Shown here: positions 11,563 to 24,758 of the stretch, piece after piece
Position numbering within the stretch: position 1 is the first letter of the stretch
How the letters are laid out: each line of letters begins with the position of its first letter
Assembly: GCA_034658835.1 (NCBI GenBank)
Contig: JAYEGA010000074.1
Location: 1 to 40,116, forward strand
Source: Thermodesulfobacteriota bacterium
GTDB taxonomy: Bacteria; Desulfobacterota; Syntrophia; Syntrophales; JADFWA01
Direction: 5' to 3'
DNA: 40,116 bases
The notes under the pieces: model-generated
The model's input: only the letters and a program-made list of their open reading frames with translations
Told to the model about the DNA's origin: nothing
The model's database searches: none
Made by a program: the position numbers and the translations under genes

Positions 11563-11601
11563 AAAAAACAGGAGACGGACTTTCGGAAAAAACCCATCTC
11601 C
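11563..11601 (-). terminator. Putative intrinsic terminator/attenuator between rpsJ and rplC
   Basis: Minus strand GGAGATGGGTTTT-ttccg-AAAGTCCGTCTCC (13-bp stem with G.U pairs) followed directly by TGTTTTTT. Confidence 0.6.
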
Positions 11602-11619
11602 CTACGTATTCCCATATCC

Positions 11620-11928
11620 CTATAATTTTATTTCAACATCAACACCTGCCGAGAGATCCAGCTTCATAAGAGCATCTACGGTAGCCTGTGTAGGTTCAAT
11701 GATATCAATCAGCCTTTTATGCGTTCTGATCTCAAATTGTTCCCTCGATTTCTTGTCAACATGAGGTGATCTGTTGACACAGTATTTACTTATTGCAGTA
11801 GGCAAAGGTATTGGGCCGGCTACGCGAGCACCTGTTCTTTTTGCTGTACCAACAATATCTTCAACAGATCGATCCAGCAACTTAGAATCATAAGCTTTAA
11901 GTCGAATTCTTATTTTTTGATTTTCCAT
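11620..11928 (-). CDS. rpsJ: 30S ribosomal protein S10
   Basis: [29 protein letters not shown]. Confidence 0.98.
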   Translation of the reverse strand: MENQKIRIRLKAYDSKLLDRSVEDIVGTAKRTGARVAGPIPLPTAISKYCVNRSPHVDKKSREQFEIRTHKRLIDIIEPTQATVDALMKLDLSAGVDVEIKL

Positions 11929-11953
11929 TTACGCCTCTAGCTGAGCTTTTCCT

Positions 11954-13147
11954 TTATTCTATAACCTCGCTTACAACACCAGCGCCAACAGTTCTCCCAC
12001 CCTCACGAATAGCAAATCGGAGTTGTTCCTCCATAGCTATAGGAGTAATAAGTTGAACCTCCATGTTTACATTATCACCAGGCATAACCATCTCAACACC
12101 TTCGGGCAGCGTAACAACACCTGTCACGTCTGTTGTTCTGAAATAAAACTGAGGACGATAACCGGAGAAGAAAGGAGTATGTCTTCCTCCCTCCTCCTTG
12201 GCGAGGATATAAACCGCCGCCTTAAAATTTGTATGAGGGTTAATCGAGCCGGGCTTTGCCACAACCTGTCCCCTTTCAACCTCATCCCGCTTGGTACCAC
12301 GCAGGAGCACACCTATATCTTCACCGGCTCTCCCCTCATCCAATGTCTTGCGAAACATTTCAACACCGGTACACACCGTTTTCAAGGTAGGCCTGATACC
12401 AACTATTTCAACTCCATCTCCCGTCCTGACAATACCTCGATCTGCCCTGCCGGTAACCACGGTGCCACGACCGGATATACTGAAAACATCACCAATCGGC
12501 ATCAGAAATGGTTTGTCCAGATCACGAACAGGTTCCGGAATGTAACTATCAACAGCATCCATTAATTCCCAGACAGACTTGACATCTTCGGAGTCCGCAT
12601 CATCACTTTCAAGAGCCTTCAGAGCCGACCCCCTGATGATCGGAATATCGTCACCCGGGAAATCATATTCACTCAAGAGCTCCCTCAGTTCAAGTTCCAC
12701 AAGATCAAGCAGTTCCGGATCATCAACCAGGTCAGTTTTGTTCATATAAACAACAACATAAGGGACCTGAACCTGTCTTGCAAGGAGTACATGTTCTCTC
12801 GTCTGAGGCATAGGCCCATCCGATGCAGCCACCACCAGAATAGTGCCATCCATGTGAGCTGCCCCTGAAATCATGTTTTTTATATAGTCGGCATGTCCCG
12901 GACAATCAACATGGGCATAATGCCTTTTATCGGTTTCATACTCCACATGAGCAATGTTGATCGTAACACCTCTCTCCTTCTCTTCCGGAGCATTATCAAT
13001 CGCATCAAAAGACATATATTCTGCAAGCCCCTTTTTGGCCAAATGTTTTGTAATCGCAGAGGTAAGCGTTGTCTTACCATGATCCACATGACCTATTGTT
13101 CCTATATTTATATGCGGTTTCGTTCTTTCAAACTTTTTCTTGGCCAT
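11954..13147 (-). CDS. tuf: Elongation factor Tu (divergent aminoacyl pocket)
   Basis: [34 protein letters not shown]; start ATG 13147 lies 8 nt after GGAGG. Confidence 0.98.
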   Translation of the reverse strand: MAKKKFERTKPHINIGTIGHVDHGKTTLTSAITKHLAKKGLAEYMSFDAIDNAPEEKERGVTINIAHVEYETDKRHYAHVDCPGHADYIKNMISGAAHMDGTILVVAASDGPMPQTREHVLLARQVQVPYVVVYMNKTDLVDDPELLDLVELELRELLSEYDFPGDDIPIIRGSALKALESDDADSEDVKSVWELMDAVDSYIPEPVRDLDKPFLMPIGDVFSISGRGTVVTGRADRGIVRTGDGVEIVGIRPTLKTVCTGVEMFRKTLDEGRAGEDIGVLLRGTKRDEVERGQVVAKPGSINPHTNFKAAVYILAKEEGGRHTPFFSGYRPQFYFRTTDVTGVVTLPEGVEMVMPGDNVNMEVQLITPIAMEEQLRFAIREGGRTVGAGVVSEVIE

Positions 13148-13202
13148 CTCCATTACCTCCTTAAAATAGTTGGTTTGATTATTCCATTTTTTTAATGCTC
13201 TG

Positions 13203-15278
13203 TCAATTTAACTTTTCTTCAATTATATCCTTCGCCAACCCCTCGGACACCGCATTATAATTAAGTAATTGCATTGTATAGGTGGCCCTTCCCTGAGTTT
13301 TCGATCGTAGATCAGTTGCATAGCCAAACATCTCAGCCAGAGGAACCTCCGCATTTATTGCTTCCGAATCCGGTCTCGATTCAATGCTGACAATCTTTCC
13401 CCTCTTGGAAGCAAGATTGCCTATCACATCTCCCATATATTCCTTGGGAACCACAACTTCAACAGACATAACCGGTTCCAGGAGTACAGGGTGAGCCCGT
13501 TTCACACCACTTCTAAATCCTATTGAGCCCGCCATCTTAAATGCCACTTCCGATGAATCAACTTCATGAAAAGATCCGTCAACCAGACTTACCACTACAT
13601 CAACAATGGGGAAACCAGCAAGTGTTCCATCTTCCATTGCCTCAACAACTCCTTTTTCTACCGACGATATATATTCTCTGGGGATAACACCCCCAACAAT
13701 TTTATTCCTGAATTCGAAACCACGACCAGGTTCATTTGGCGCAATCTCCAGCCATACATGACCATATTGCCCTCTGCCTCCTGACTGCTTGACAAATTTA
13801 CCTTCTGATCTGGCACTTTTTCTGATCGTTTCTTTATAAGCTACCTGCGGACTACCGATATTTGCCCCAAGACCAAACTCTCTGGAAAGCCTGTCAACAA
13901 TAATCTCGAGATGTAACTCTCCCATTCCGGAAATCAACGTCTGCCCAGTCTCTCTGTCCAGTTTTACCTTAAAGGAAGGATCCTCCCGAGTAATCTTGTG
14001 CATGGCATCACCTAACTTCTCTTCATCCGCCTTCGTTTTAGGTTCTATTGCTATAGCGATAACCGGCTCCGGAAACTCAAGCATCTCAAGTTTCAACGGA
14101 CGATCGGGGTCGGTTATCGTATCACCCGTAGTGGACGAATCCAAACCAACTGCTGCGGCAATATCACCGGTACGAACTTCCCTGATTTCTTCTCTTTTAT
14201 CGGCATGCATCTTGAGCAATCGTCCAAGTCGTTCCTTCTTCCCTTGCGACGCATTATATACATAAGAGCCCGCCTTCATAACACCGGAATAAACCCTGAA
14301 GTAAGTCAACTGACCGACAAACGGATCGGTCATAATCTTGAAAGCGAGGGCGGAAAACGGCGAATCATCACTAACAACCCTTTCTATATCCTCTCCATCC
14401 ACACCCTTCCCAATAACGGGAGGCTTATCTGAAGGAGACGGGAGAAAATCCACCACCGCATCCAGAAGAGGCTGAACACCCTTGTTCTTGAAAGCAGACC
14501 CGCAAAGTACCGGTATTATCTTCAAAGAAAGTGTTGCTCTTCTGATTACCCTTATTATTTCTTCATGTGAAAGAGCTTCTTCATTCAAGTATTTCTCCAT
14601 CAAGTCCTCGTCACAATCAGCAAGGCACTCAATGAGTTTTTCCCTATATTCCGCAGAGGCATCCGCCATCTCTGGAGGAATTTCACCCACACTAAATTTA
14701 CTTCCCAGAGAATCCTCCTCATAAACAACAGCCTGCATACGGACAAGGTCAACGATTCCTCTGAATTTCTCTTCTTTTCCTATCGGAAGCTGTATTGGAA
14801 TCGGATTTGTGCCAAGCCTTTCCCTGATGGCTGAAACGCCCTTAATAAAATCCGCTCCCACTCTGTCCATCTTATTAACAAATGCTATACGTGGAACACG
14901 ATATCTATCGGCCTGCCTCCAGACAGCCTCTGACTGAGGTTCTACACCACCCACAGCACAGAAAAGCGCAACGGCACCATCCAAAATTCTCAAAGATCTT
15001 TCAACTTCTACCGTAAAATCAATATGACCTGGCGTATCTATTATATTTATATGGTTATTTCCCCAGGTACATGTGGTTGCCGCAGAGGTTATAGTAATAC
15101 CTCTTTCCTGTTCCTGCTCCATCCAGTCCATAACAGCCGTACCATCATGAACTTCGCCTATCTTATAGGATTCATGCGTATAATATAATATACGCTCGGT
15201 CGTGGTTGTCTTCCCGGCATCTATATGAGCCATAATGCCGATATTGCGAATATTATTTAAAGGAACATCTCGTACCAA
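13203..15278 (-). CDS. fusA: Elongation factor G
   Basis: [40 protein letters not shown]. Confidence 0.98.
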   Translation of the reverse strand: MVRDVPLNNIRNIGIMAHIDAGKTTTTERILYYTHESYKIGEVHDGTAVMDWMEQEQERGITITSAATTCTWGNNHINIIDTPGHIDFTVEVERSLRILDGAVALFCAVGGVEPQSEAVWRQADRYRVPRIAFVNKMDRVGADFIKGVSAIRERLGTNPIPIQLPIGKEEKFRGIVDLVRMQAVVYEEDSLGSKFSVGEIPPEMADASAEYREKLIECLADCDEDLMEKYLNEEALSHEEIIRVIRRATLSLKIIPVLCGSAFKNKGVQPLLDAVVDFLPSPSDKPPVIGKGVDGEDIERVVSDDSPFSALAFKIMTDPFVGQLTYFRVYSGVMKAGSYVYNASQGKKERLGRLLKMHADKREEIREVRTGDIAAAVGLDSSTTGDTITDPDRPLKLEMLEFPEPVIAIAIEPKTKADEEKLGDAMHKITREDPSFKVKLDRETGQTLISGMGELHLEIIVDRLSREFGLGANIGSPQVAYKETIRKSARSEGKFVKQSGGRGQYGHVWLEIAPNEPGRGFEFRNKIVGGVIPREYISSVEKGVVEAMEDGTLAGFPIVDVVVSLVDGSFHEVDSSEVAFKMAGSIGFRSGVKRAHPVLLEPVMSVEVVVPKEYMGDVIGNLASKRGKIVSIESRPDSEAINAEVPLAEMFGYATDLRSKTQGRATYTMQLLNYNAVSEGLAKDIIEEKLN

Positions 15279-15294
15279 TCCAATTCACCGCCAC

Positions 15295-15765
15295 CTAAAA
15301 CCTGTAATGCGCAAAGGCCTTGTTCGCCTCAGCCATCTTATGTACATTTTCTTTTTTCTTGACAGAAGCTCCCCTACTGTTGGCGGCATCTATGAGCTCG
15401 GCGGCTAACTTTTCTTTCATGCTCTTTCCGGCACGTTTTCTTGCATTCTCTATCAACCACTTAATCCCCAAAGAAACTCTTCTGGCCTGTCGTACCTCTG
15501 TTGGTACCTGATAAGTAGATCCTCCTACCCGCCTCGATTTTACCTCTATGACAGGTTTTACATTACTTACAGCCTTCTCAAAAACTTCAACAGGCAACTC
15601 TTTCGTCTTTTTTTCAATAATATCAAAAGCCCCATAGAGCATAGATTCAGCAAGACTCTTTTTTCCTCTCAATAACAGATTGTTAATAAATTTCGCTACA
15701 AGCTCACTATTATACCTGGAATCCGGCAGTATTTCCCTCTTTGTTATCTCTCTTCTTCTCGGCAT
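15295..15765 (-). CDS. rpsG: 30S ribosomal protein S7
   Basis: [26 protein letters not shown]. Confidence 0.98.
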   Translation of the reverse strand: MPRRREITKREILPDSRYNSELVAKFINNLLLRGKKSLAESMLYGAFDIIEKKTKELPVEVFEKAVSNVKPVIEVKSRRVGGSTYQVPTEVRQARRVSLGIKWLIENARKRAGKSMKEKLAAELIDAANSRGASVKKKENVHKMAEANKAFAHYRF

Positions 15766-15784
15766 TTATTGTTACTCCCCAAGA

Positions 15785-16156
15785 TTAACCTGGTTTTTTG
15801 GCTCCATATTTCGATCTACTCTTTCTTCTATCCTGAACACCCATGGTATCGAGTGTGCCCCTTATTACCTGATATCTAACCCCGGGAAGATCCTTGACCC
15901 TACCTCCTCTGATAAGAACAACCGAATGCTCCTGGAGATTATGTCCCATTCCCGGTATATATGAAGTAACCTCGTAACCACTGGTAAGGCGTACCCTTAC
16001 CACTTTTCTCAATGCAGAATTTGGTTTCTTAGGTGTGGAGGTATAAACCCTGACACAGACCCCTCTTCTCTGTGGAGAACCGGCAAGCGCAAGTGTTGTA
16101 GCTTTCTTTTTTATCTTCTTTCTACCTTTACGAACCAGCTGATTTATTGTAGGCAT
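15785..16156 (-). CDS. rpsL: 30S ribosomal protein S12
   Basis: [31 protein letters not shown]; start moved to ATG 16156. Confidence 0.98.
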   Translation of the reverse strand: MPTINQLVRKGRKKIKKKATTLALAGSPQRRGVCVRVYTSTPKKPNSALRKVVRVRLTSGYEVTSYIPGMGHNLQEHSVVLIRGGRVKDLPGVRYQVIRGTLDTMGVQDRRKSRSKYGAKKPG

Positions 16157-16207
16157 CATCCCCCCCATAGGTTAGTTACTTATATAAAGGCAAAGCCCAA
16201 ACTTCTA

Positions 16208-19200
16208 TCAATTAGCAATTTGCATGTCAAGTGTTTTCTCGTCTACTTTTTCAGTTATCTGTTCTAACTCATCAGCACCTTCAGTTTCGATCCCTAATTT
16301 CTTATATACACCAAGACCTGTTCCCGCCGGGATCAACCTTCCCATTATAACATTTTCCTTGAGCCCCCTGAGGTAATCCACCTTTCCAGCCAGGCTGGCC
16401 TCTGTAAGAACACGCGTCGTCTCCTGAAAGGACGCTGCCGAAATAAAGCTCCCGGTACTCAGGGACGCCTTGGTAATCCCTAAAAGAACTGGCTCACCTG
16501 TAGCTGGGTTACCCCCCTGAGCTATAACTTTTCCATTCTCTTCCTCGAAAAAACGCTTTTCCACCTGCTCATCCGTAAGGAAAGTTGTATCGCCTGGATT
16601 TATCACTTTAATCCTGCGAAGCATCTGACGCACAATAATCTCTATATGTTTGTCATTAATTTTAACACCCTGTAGTCTATAGACTTCTTGCACTTCATCA
16701 ACTAAATACCTGGCTAATTCTTTTTCTCCCTTAATAGCAAGAAGATCATGAGGGTTTTGCACACCACCCATCAGAGGTTCACCAGCCACAATCCTGTCAC
16801 CTTCCTGCACACTTACATGTTTTCCCTTGGAAATCAGGTATTCCCTTTTATCACCAACATCAGGGTTTATAACAATCTTTCTTTTCCCCTTGACATCCTT
16901 ACCGAAGGAAACCGTCCCGTCAATCTCTGTTATTATAGCATGTTCCTTCGGCTTTCTCGCCTCAAAAAGTTCCGCCACCCTGGGAAGACCACCTGTAATA
17001 TCCTTTGTCTTCGTGGTATCCCTGGGAATCTTGGCAATAATATCACCAGCACTTACGTGCTCACCCTCTGAAACAACAATATTTGCTCCAACCGAAAGCT
17101 GGTGCCTTGCAATCACATTCGTTCCCGGCATCTTAACCGTTTTTCCATCTTTATCTTTTATTGAGATCCTCGGACGTAAATTGGAATCCCTGGATTCAAC
17201 AACAACCTTCCTGGAAAGACCGGTTACCTCATCAACCTGTTCCTTCATAGTTGCCCCTTCAACAATATCTCCGAATTTAACGGCTCCGTCAACCTCTGAA
17301 AGAACTGGTATTGAAAAGGGATCCCATTCCGCAATCAAAGCTCCCACCTTTACTTCATAACCATCATCCATCTTCAGATGTGCTCCATAGGGAACAGGAT
17401 ACTTGCCTCGGCTTCTTTCCTTTTCATCCAAAACATGAATTTCTCCATTTCTGTTCATTACCACAAGTTCTTTTTCTTTGCCTCTCACCGTATTGAGATT
17501 CACGAACTTTATGGTACCCCCATGCCTTGCCTCCAGGGTAGATTGTTCCTCAAACTTTGCGGTACCACCGATATGAAAGGTTCTCATGGTTAGCTGGGTT
17601 CCAGGTTCACCAATGGACTGGGCTGCAATAATACCAACAGCTTCACCAATATTCGCCAGGTGCCCGTGAGCCAGATCTCTTCCATAACACCTGGCGCAGA
17701 CTCCATGCCTCGACTTACAGGTCAGAACGGATCTTATTTTGACCCTTTCTATACCAGCCCTGTCGATCTTCTCCGCGAGAGCTTCATCAATTTCCTGATT
17801 CACCTTCACAATGATTTCTCCTGTGAAAGGATCCTTAATGTCATCCAGGGCAACCCTTCCCAGGACACGCTCACCCGCTGTTTCTATTATCTCCCCACCT
17901 TCCAACAGGGCAGAAACATAGATACCATCGATCGTTCCACAATCTTCCTCAGTAATAATACAGTCCTGAGCCACATCGACGAGTCTCCTGGTAAGATACC
18001 CGGAATTTGCCGTCTTAAGCGCAGTATCGGCAAGACCTTTCCTGGCACCATGTGTAGAAATAAAATACTGGAGGACAGATAGACCTTCCCTGAAATTTGC
18101 AGTAATCGGTGTTTCAATAATCTCCCCTGATGGCTTCGCCATCAATCCCCTCATCCCTGCAAGCTGTCTTATCTGTGCTGCACTTCCACGAGCCCCTGAA
18201 TCAGCCATCATATAAATAGGATTAAAACTCTTTATCTTTTTCTTTTTATTATCCGGTCCTACTATCTCTTTTGTTCCGATAGATCCAAGCATCTCATCCG
18301 CAACCTTTTCAGTAGCCTGAGCCCAGATGTCTATGACTTTGTTATAACGTTCTCCGTCCGTAATAAGACCATCCATATACTGTTTCTGAATTTTCAAAAC
18401 ATCATCGTCGGCTTTTGCTACAATCTCCTTTTTACTGGAGGGTATCATCATATTATCCACCGCAAAAGATGCACCAGACATTGTAGCAACCTTAAACCCA
18501 AGATCTTTCAACCTGTCCGCCAGTAAAACTGTTTCCTTATCTCCACAAGACCTGTAACAATAATCAATAAGGTCTGCTAACATTTTCTTGCTCATAACTT
18601 TATTGATAATATCAAAAGGAATCTCTTCGGGAACAATTTCATAAAGTAAAACCCTGCCTACCGTTGTGTCCGTTAGTTTTTCCCCAATTCGAACTTTAAT
18701 CTTCGCATGAAGATCAATCACGCCGGAATCGAAGGCTCTCCTCACCTCATCAGCACTTGAGAAGCGCATCCCCTCTCCCAGAACATGGTCTTCGGACCTG
18801 GTCAGATAATAAATCCCAAGGACAATATCCTGACCTGGAACAATAATCGGCTTACCATTAGTTGGAGAGAGAATGTTGTTTGTCGACATCATAAGAACCC
18901 TGGCTTCCGTCTGTGCTTCGATTGATAAAGGCACATGCACAGCCATCTGGTCGCCGTCAAAATCAGCATTAAATGCAGGACAGACCAGAGGGTGAAGCTG
19001 TATTGCCTTTCCTTCTATAAGCACAGGTTCAAAAGCCTGCATACCAAGCCTGTGCAAAGTTGGAGCCCTGTTGAGCAAAATGGGATATTCACGAACAACC
19101 TCATCTAATGCATCCCACACCTCTGGGGTCTCCCTTTCAACCATCCTTTTAGCACTCTTCACAGTGGTAACATAACCCTTATCCTGAAGCCTGTTATAAA

Positions 19201-20344
19201 TGAATGGTTTAAAGAGCTCCAATGCCATCTTTTTAGGAAGGCCACATTGATGCAATCTCAGGTCGGGTCCTACAGTAATAACGGATCTTCCTGAGTAATC
19301 AACCCTCTTGCCAAGAAGGTTCTGTCTGAACCTCCCCTGTTTTCCCTTCAGCATATCCGATAGAGATCTAAGTGGTCTCTTGTTGGAACCTGTAATAGCC
19401 CTTCCTCTCCTGCCATTGTCAAAGAGGACATCTACTGATTCCTGAAGCATCCTTTTCTCATTTCTTATGATAATTTCCGGTGCAGAGAGTTCTTGCAAAC
19501 GTTTCAGGCGGTTGTTCCTGTTAATAACCCTCCTGTAAAGATCGTTGAGATCCGACGTGGCAAAACGACCTCCATCCAGGGGAACCAGAGGCCGGAGCTC
19601 CGGAGGAATTACTGGTAAAATTGTAAGAATCATCCATTCAGGTCTATTTCCCGATTTTTTCAGGGTTTCAACAACTTTCAACCTTTTTAATAACTTTTTT
19701 CTTTTGGTTTCAGAAGTAGCTGCTTTCAACTCCGACCTGAGCTCTTCATCCAACCCATCTAAATCAATTTCTTCCAGAAGTTTTTTGACAGCCTCAGCAC
19801 CTATTCCTGCCTCAAAGGCATCTACGCCATATTCATCTTTTAATTCCGAATACCTTTCCTCAGAGAGCACCTCCTTTTTTTTCAAAGGTGTATTCTTCGG
19901 ATCTAACACGATCCAGGACTCAAAATAAAGCACCCTTTCCAGTTCTTTAAGTGTCAAATCGAGCACATTTCCTATTCGGCTGGGAAGACTCTTGAGAAAC
20001 CATATATGGGCTACAGGTGCTGATAAGGTTATGTGCCCCATTCTTTCTCTTCTAACCTTTGATTGGATAACTTCAACACCGCACTTTTCACAGACGACAC
20101 CTCTGTGTTTCATCCTTTTATACCTGCCGCAAAGACACTCATAATCCTTAACCGGTCCGAATATCTTCGCGCAAAAGAGTCCATCCTTTTCTGGCTTGAA
20201 TGTTCTGTAGTTTATTGTCTCAGGTTTTTTGACCTCACCTTGAGACCACGAAAGAGTCCTCTCCGGTGAAGCAATGGACATTTTTATTGCATTAAATCTT
20301 ACAGGATCCTTCGGCTTTTCAAAAAAACTAAATATATCTTCCAC
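16208..20344 (-). CDS. rpoC: DNA-directed RNA polymerase beta' subunit
   Basis: Catalytic NADFDGD, N-terminal Zn finger, [16 protein letters not shown]. Confidence 0.99.
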   Translation of the reverse strand: MEDIFSFFEKPKDPVRFNAIKMSIASPERTLSWSQGEVKKPETINYRTFKPEKDGLFCAKIFGPVKDYECLCGRYKRMKHRGVVCEKCGVEVIQSKVRRERMGHITLSAPVAHIWFLKSLPSRIGNVLDLTLKELERVLYFESWIVLDPKNTPLKKKEVLSEERYSELKDEYGVDAFEAGIGAEAVKKLLEEIDLDGLDEELRSELKAATSETKRKKLLKRLKVVETLKKSGNRPEWMILTILPVIPPELRPLVPLDGGRFATSDLNDLYRRVINRNNRLKRLQELSAPEIIIRNEKRMLQESVDVLFDNGRRGRAITGSNKRPLRSLSDMLKGKQGRFRQNLLGKRVDYSGRSVITVGPDLRLHQCGLPKKMALELFKPFIYNRLQDKGYVTTVKSAKRMVERETPEVWDALDEVVREYPILLNRAPTLHRLGMQAFEPVLIEGKAIQLHPLVCPAFNADFDGDQMAVHVPLSIEAQTEARVLMMSTNNILSPTNGKPIIVPGQDIVLGIYYLTRSEDHVLGEGMRFSSADEVRRAFDSGVIDLHAKIKVRIGEKLTDTTVGRVLLYEIVPEEIPFDIINKVMSKKMLADLIDYCYRSCGDKETVLLADRLKDLGFKVATMSGASFAVDNMMIPSSKKEIVAKADDDVLKIQKQYMDGLITDGERYNKVIDIWAQATEKVADEMLGSIGTKEIVGPDNKKKKIKSFNPIYMMADSGARGSAAQIRQLAGMRGLMAKPSGEIIETPITANFREGLSVLQYFISTHGARKGLADTALKTANSGYLTRRLVDVAQDCIITEEDCGTIDGIYVSALLEGGEIIETAGERVLGRVALDDIKDPFTGEIIVKVNQEIDEALAEKIDRAGIERVKIRSVLTCKSRHGVCARCYGRDLAHGHLANIGEAVGIIAAQSIGEPGTQLTMRTFHIGGTAKFEEQSTLEARHGGTIKFVNLNTVRGKEKELVVMNRNGEIHVLDEKERSRGKYPVPYGAHLKMDDGYEVKVGALIAEWDPFSIPVLSEVDGAVKFGDIVEGATMKEQVDEVTGLSRKVVVESRDSNLRPRISIKDKDGKTVKMPGTNVIARHQLSVGANIVVSEGEHVSAGDIIAKIPRDTTKTKDITGGLPRVAELFEARKPKEHAIITEIDGTVSFGKDVKGKRKIVINPDVGDKREYLISKGKHVSVQEGDRIVAGEPLMGGVQNPHDLLAIKGEKELARYLVDEVQEVYRLQGVKINDKHIEIIVRQMLRRIKVINPGDTTFLTDEQVEKRFFEEENGKVIAQGGNPATGEPVLLGITKASLSTGSFISAASFQETTRVLTEASLAGKVDYLRGLKENVIMGRLIPAGTGLGVYKKLGIETEGADELEQITEKVDEKTLDMQIAN

Positions 20345-20363
20345 TAAGTATGTCTCCCTACTT

Positions 20364-20413
20364 AAGTTCTGAGTTTCAAGTTTTCAACTTTAGACTTTGA
20401 ACTTTAAACTAAA
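20364..20413. repeat. 7-nt-periodic inverted repeat in the rpoB-rpoC spacer
   Basis: AAGTTCT GAGTTTC AAGTTTT followed by AACTTTA GACTTTG AACTTTA AACTAAA. Confidence 0.6.
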
Positions 20414-20416
20414 TAA

Positions 20417-23400
20417 TTATTTTTCCTCAATTAACTCCACATCAAGACAGAGACCCTGCAATTCCTTGACAAGAACATTAAAGGATTCGGGAATTCCCGC
20501 TTCAAATTTATGTTCTCCTTTAACAATGGATTCATATACTCTTGTCCTGCCGGCTACATCATCCGATTTAACTGTAAGAAACTCCTGCAACGAATATGCA
20601 GCACCATAGGCCTCCATTGCCCAAACCTCCATCTCGCCCAATCTCTGGCCACCAAACTGCGCTTTACCTCCGAGAGGCTGCTGAGTGACAAGAGAATAGG
20701 GACCAATTGACCTGGCATGAATCTTATTGTCAACAAGATGGTGAAGCTTTAGCATATAAATCATTCCCACTGTTATCTCTTGATCGAAAGGCTCTCCAGT
20801 CCTGCCATCAAAGAGCATCGCCTGGCCACTTTCCGGAAGATCAGCCAATTTAAGCATATTCTTTATATCGCCTTCGTTGGCACCATCAAAAACCGGTGTC
20901 GCCATAGGAATACCCTTTTTTAATCGGCTTATAATTTTCTTGAGCTCTTCCTCAGTCGCCCCATCTATAAAAGTGTCAAACTCAGAGGAGGAATATATCT
21001 CTTTCACTTTCTTCTTCAGGTTACCCACACTGTATTTTGTGTTTAGCAAAGAATTTATCCTGTCCCCTAATCCCTTTGCAGCCCATCCGAGGTGAGTCTC
21101 TAATATCTGCCCCACGTTCATACGTGATGGCACTCCCAGGGGATTCAAGACTATATCAACAGGAGTACCGTCCTCAAAAAAAGGCATGTCTTCCTCTGGA
21201 AGTATTCTGGACAGCACCCCCTTATTGCCATGTCTTCCAGCCATCTTATCACCAACAGAAAGCTTTCTTTTTATGGCAACATAAACCTTAACCATCTTGA
21301 TCACTCCCGGGGGAAGTTCATCTCCAGTCTTTAATTTATCTATCTTTTCCTCAAAAAAAGCCTCCACCAACTCTATTTTTTGAGCAAAATTTGTAAAGAT
21401 AGTTTCTATCTTTTCATCCATCACATCTTCTTCTAACAGCGATATTTCCTTCCAGAAGCCAAATGGTATCTTTCTCAGGACATCTTCGGTAATCTCTTCA
21501 CCTTTTTTTAACAATATCTTTTTCTTTTTCGAATCAGCCAGCTTTGTTGCTGAAGTCTTCCCGATAAGTAAATTTGAAATCTTCTTCTTAACATTATCGG
21601 TAATAATACTGATCTCATCATCTCTGTCCTTGAGTAAACGTCCTGCCTCTTCTTCTTCTATAATTTGTGATCTGTGATCCTTCTCCGTCCCCTTACGGGT
21701 AAATGTCTTTGCATCTATAACTATACCCTCAACTCCAGGGGGGACGCGCAAAGATGTATCCCTGACGTCACCAGCTTTCTCACCAAATATAGCCCGAAGC
21801 AACTTCTCTTCTGGAGATAGCTGTGTTTCACCTTTTGGAGTAATCTTCCCGACCAGAACGTCACCAGGCTTCATCGACACCCCTATACGAATTATTCCGC
21901 TTTCATCCAGATTCCGTAAGGCTTCCTCTCCTACATTGGGAATGTCTTTAGTAATCTCCTCCTTGCCCAATTTCGTATCCCTGGCCACCATATCAAATTC
22001 TTCAATATGTACAGATGTATAAACATCCTCTTTTACCATTTTCTCACTTATCAATATGGAATCTTCATAGTTATATCCCCCCCAAGACATAAAGGCGACC
22101 ATAACATTTCTTCCCAGCGCCAATTCTCCATTATCAGTTGCAGACCCATCGGCTATCACATCTCCTCTGTTTACTCTATCTCTTACGCTTACAATAGCTT
22201 TTTGATTGAAACATGTATCTTGATTTGAACGTTGAAACTTGGTCAGGTTATATATATCAACTCCTGTATCAATCTGGTCTTTCTCTTCATCATCACATTC
22301 AATTACAACCCTTGACGCATCAACACTCTTCACAATGCCAGTCCTTTTCGCTACAATAACAGCACCAGAATCCCGCGCAACAACTGACTCCATTCCCGTA
22401 CCCACAAGAGGATGCTCGGGTCTTATGAGTGGAACTGCCTGTCGTTGCATATTGGAACCCATCAGAGCACGGTTGGCATCATCATGCTCCAGAAAGGGAA
22501 TAAGCCCGGCAGCAACACTTACAAGCTGATTGGGCGATACATCCATAAGCTCAACTTCAGCAGGTAGAGCCATGACAAAATCTTCCCCCCTCCTGGAAGA
22601 AATAAGCTTATCCTTAAATTTTCCATTTGAATCAAGAGGAGTATCTGCCTCAGCTATTATATGTTTCTCTTCTTCCATTGCCGTTAAGTATCGGATATCA
22701 CCGGAAACTTTCCCGTTTTTTGCCACTCTATAGGGAGTTTCTATAAAACCGAATTCATTCACCCTGGCGTAGGTACTGAGAGAAACAATAAGGCCTATAT
22801 TTGGCCCCTCGGGGGTTTCAATGGGACATATCCGGCCATAGTGAGATGAATGCACATCTCTCACTTCAAAGCCTGCCCGCTCCCTGGTAAGTCCCCCGGG
22901 ACCAAGGGCGGATAATCTCCTTTTATGCGTAATTTCTGAAAGCGGGTTTGTCTGATCCATAAACTGTGACAGTTGACTACTCCCAAAAAACTCATTAACA
23001 ACGGCCAAAACAGGTTTAGCATTTATTAGATCATGAGGCATCATGGTTTCTACATCCTGAAGACTCATTTTTTCCTTAATGGCCCGCTCCATCCTGACCA
23101 GACCTATCCTATATTGATTTTCTATAAGTTCTCCAACAGATCTAGCCCTTCTGTTGCCCAAATGATCAATGTCATCGATACTACAATCACCCACACCATT
23201 CTTGAGATCAATAAGATATCCAACTGCCCTGAGGATATCCTCATTCCGTAACACAGTTACATCCGTAGGAACATCCAGACCAAGTTTGTAATTCATTTTG
23301 GCCCTGCCCACATTAGAAAGATTATAACTGTTAGAATTAAAAAAGAGACTATCGAAAAACCTGCGTGCCGTCTCCAGAGTGGGTGGATTGCTTGGTCGGA

Positions 23401-24508
23401 GTCTCCTGTATATCTCAATTATCGCGTCTTCTTCTGTCTCAACTTTATCAATTAGGAGAGTATCCCTTATGGCAGAATTTGTTCTATCTTCGTCAAGATG
23501 AATAAATCGTAGCTCTTTTATCCCCTTTTCGCGAATTAATTCCAACCCTTCCACAGTCAATTCATCATTACATCTCAACAAAAACTCGCCGGTTTCAGGA
23601 TCCAGCACGTCTGATGAAAGCACCTTTCCCACAAGGCCACCATCACCTATCGGTATTCGATCTATATTCAATTCCGCGATCTTCTTCAAAGCCGCCCTGG
23701 TGATTTTCCTCCCCTTTTTTATGACAACCTCTCCGGTCTTTATATTCTTAATATCTTCCGGCGCTTTCTCATCAACAAGAAAGTGGCCCACCGACATAAA
23801 AGCCTGGCCATCCTCCAAAAACACCTTTTCAATATGATGAAAATAGTTTAGCAGATCCCCGGTAGAGTTCCCCATAGCCTTTAAAAGGATAGTCACTGGC
23901 ATCTTTCTTCTTCTATCTATCCTGACATAAAGAAAGTCCTTAGAATCAAATTCAAGATCGAGCCAGGAACCCCTGATTGGAATAACCCTTGCTGAATATA
24001 TGAGTTTCCCACTGGCATGTGTTTTCCCCTTGTCATGATCAAAAAAGATACCAGGGGATCTGTGAAGCTGACTGACTATAACCCGCTCCGTACCATTGAC
24101 AATAAAAGTACCATTATCTGTCATTAATGGTATCTCGCCAAAGTAAATCTCCTGTTCCTTAATATCCCTGATTGCTTTTTGCTCACTGTCCCGGTCAATA
24201 TCGAAAACAACAAGCCTCACCACAATCTTCAGTGGAGTAGCATAAGTCATGCCCTTCTGGAGGCACTCTTTTACATCATATCTGACATCCCCTATTTTGT
24301 AACTTACAAATTCCAGAGAACACTGACCACTGAAATCAGAAATAGGGAAAACACTCTTAAAGGTACCCTGAAGACCAAAATCGCCCCTCTCTTCAGGAAC
24401 TATATCCCTCTGGAGGAACCTCTCATATGATTTTGTTTGGATATCAATAAGATCCGGTACATCAACTACTTTTTTAATGCGTCCAAATTTTTTTCTAAAC
24501 TCATCCAT
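20417..24508 (-). CDS. rpoB: DNA-directed RNA polymerase beta subunit
   Basis: [57 protein letters not shown]. Confidence 0.99.
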   Translation of the reverse strand: MDEFRKKFGRIKKVVDVPDLIDIQTKSYERFLQRDIVPEERGDFGLQGTFKSVFPISDFSGQCSLEFVSYKIGDVRYDVKECLQKGMTYATPLKIVVRLVVFDIDRDSEQKAIRDIKEQEIYFGEIPLMTDNGTFIVNGTERVIVSQLHRSPGIFFDHDKGKTHASGKLIYSARVIPIRGSWLDLEFDSKDFLYVRIDRRRKMPVTILLKAMGNSTGDLLNYFHHIEKVFLEDGQAFMSVGHFLVDEKAPEDIKNIKTGEVVIKKGRKITRAALKKIAELNIDRIPIGDGGLVGKVLSSDVLDPETGEFLLRCNDELTVEGLELIREKGIKELRFIHLDEDRTNSAIRDTLLIDKVETEEDAIIEIYRRLRPSNPPTLETARRFFDSLFFNSNSYNLSNVGRAKMNYKLGLDVPTDVTVLRNEDILRAVGYLIDLKNGVGDCSIDDIDHLGNRRARSVGELIENQYRIGLVRMERAIKEKMSLQDVETMMPHDLINAKPVLAVVNEFFGSSQLSQFMDQTNPLSEITHKRRLSALGPGGLTRERAGFEVRDVHSSHYGRICPIETPEGPNIGLIVSLSTYARVNEFGFIETPYRVAKNGKVSGDIRYLTAMEEEKHIIAEADTPLDSNGKFKDKLISSRRGEDFVMALPAEVELMDVSPNQLVSVAAGLIPFLEHDDANRALMGSNMQRQAVPLIRPEHPLVGTGMESVVARDSGAVIVAKRTGIVKSVDASRVVIECDDEEKDQIDTGVDIYNLTKFQRSNQDTCFNQKAIVSVRDRVNRGDVIADGSATDNGELALGRNVMVAFMSWGGYNYEDSILISEKMVKEDVYTSVHIEEFDMVARDTKLGKEEITKDIPNVGEEALRNLDESGIIRIGVSMKPGDVLVGKITPKGETQLSPEEKLLRAIFGEKAGDVRDTSLRVPPGVEGIVIDAKTFTRKGTEKDHRSQIIEEEEAGRLLKDRDDEISIITDNVKKKISNLLIGKTSATKLADSKKKKILLKKGEEITEDVLRKIPFGFWKEISLLEEDVMDEKIETIFTNFAQKIELVEAFFEEKIDKLKTGDELPPGVIKMVKVYVAIKRKLSVGDKMAGRHGNKGVLSRILPEEDMPFFEDGTPVDIVLNPLGVPSRMNVGQILETHLGWAAKGLGDRINSLLNTKYSVGNLKKKVKEIYSSSEFDTFIDGATEEELKKIISRLKKGIPMATPVFDGANEGDIKNMLKLADLPESGQAMLFDGRTGEPFDQEITVGMIYMLKLHHLVDNKIHARSIGPYSLVTQQPLGGKAQFGGQRLGEMEVWAMEAYGAAYSLQEFLTVKSDDVAGRTRVYESIVKGEHKFEAGIPESFNVLVKELQGLCLDVELIEEK

Positions 24509-24525
24509 AATTTTCCTTTATCTGT

Positions 24526-24754
24526 AAGCATTCAGCTATCAGCTACCAGCCTTCAGCAACAACAAGGGGTTATATAAAACATCCCCCTCAAACTCCTCTT
24601 GAATTTTATTTTGAAATTAACATGTTATAAAATCCATCTACGGCGGATTTCGAAACATTTATAGGTTTTACAAACATCTCTATCCAGAATGTTTAAAAAC
24701 TGAATAATCACTTTTCATCATAGCGGACAGCTGTTTGCTGAGCGCTAAATGCTT
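24526..24754. repeat. Long imperfect inverted repeat built from (NNTCAGC)-like heptamers in the rplL-rpoB spacer
   Basis: Arms 24526-24557 and 24723-24754 match at 24/32 positions ungapped as reverse complements; mismatches fall mostly at the variable heptamer positions. Confidence 0.7.
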
Positions 24755-24758
24755 TAAC

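Noticed and set aside
22900-22990. Antibiotic-resistance alleles in rpoB (and rpsL)
   Set aside because: The rifampicin region (SQFMDQ...HKRRLS) and S12 K42/K87 are of the standard sensitive type
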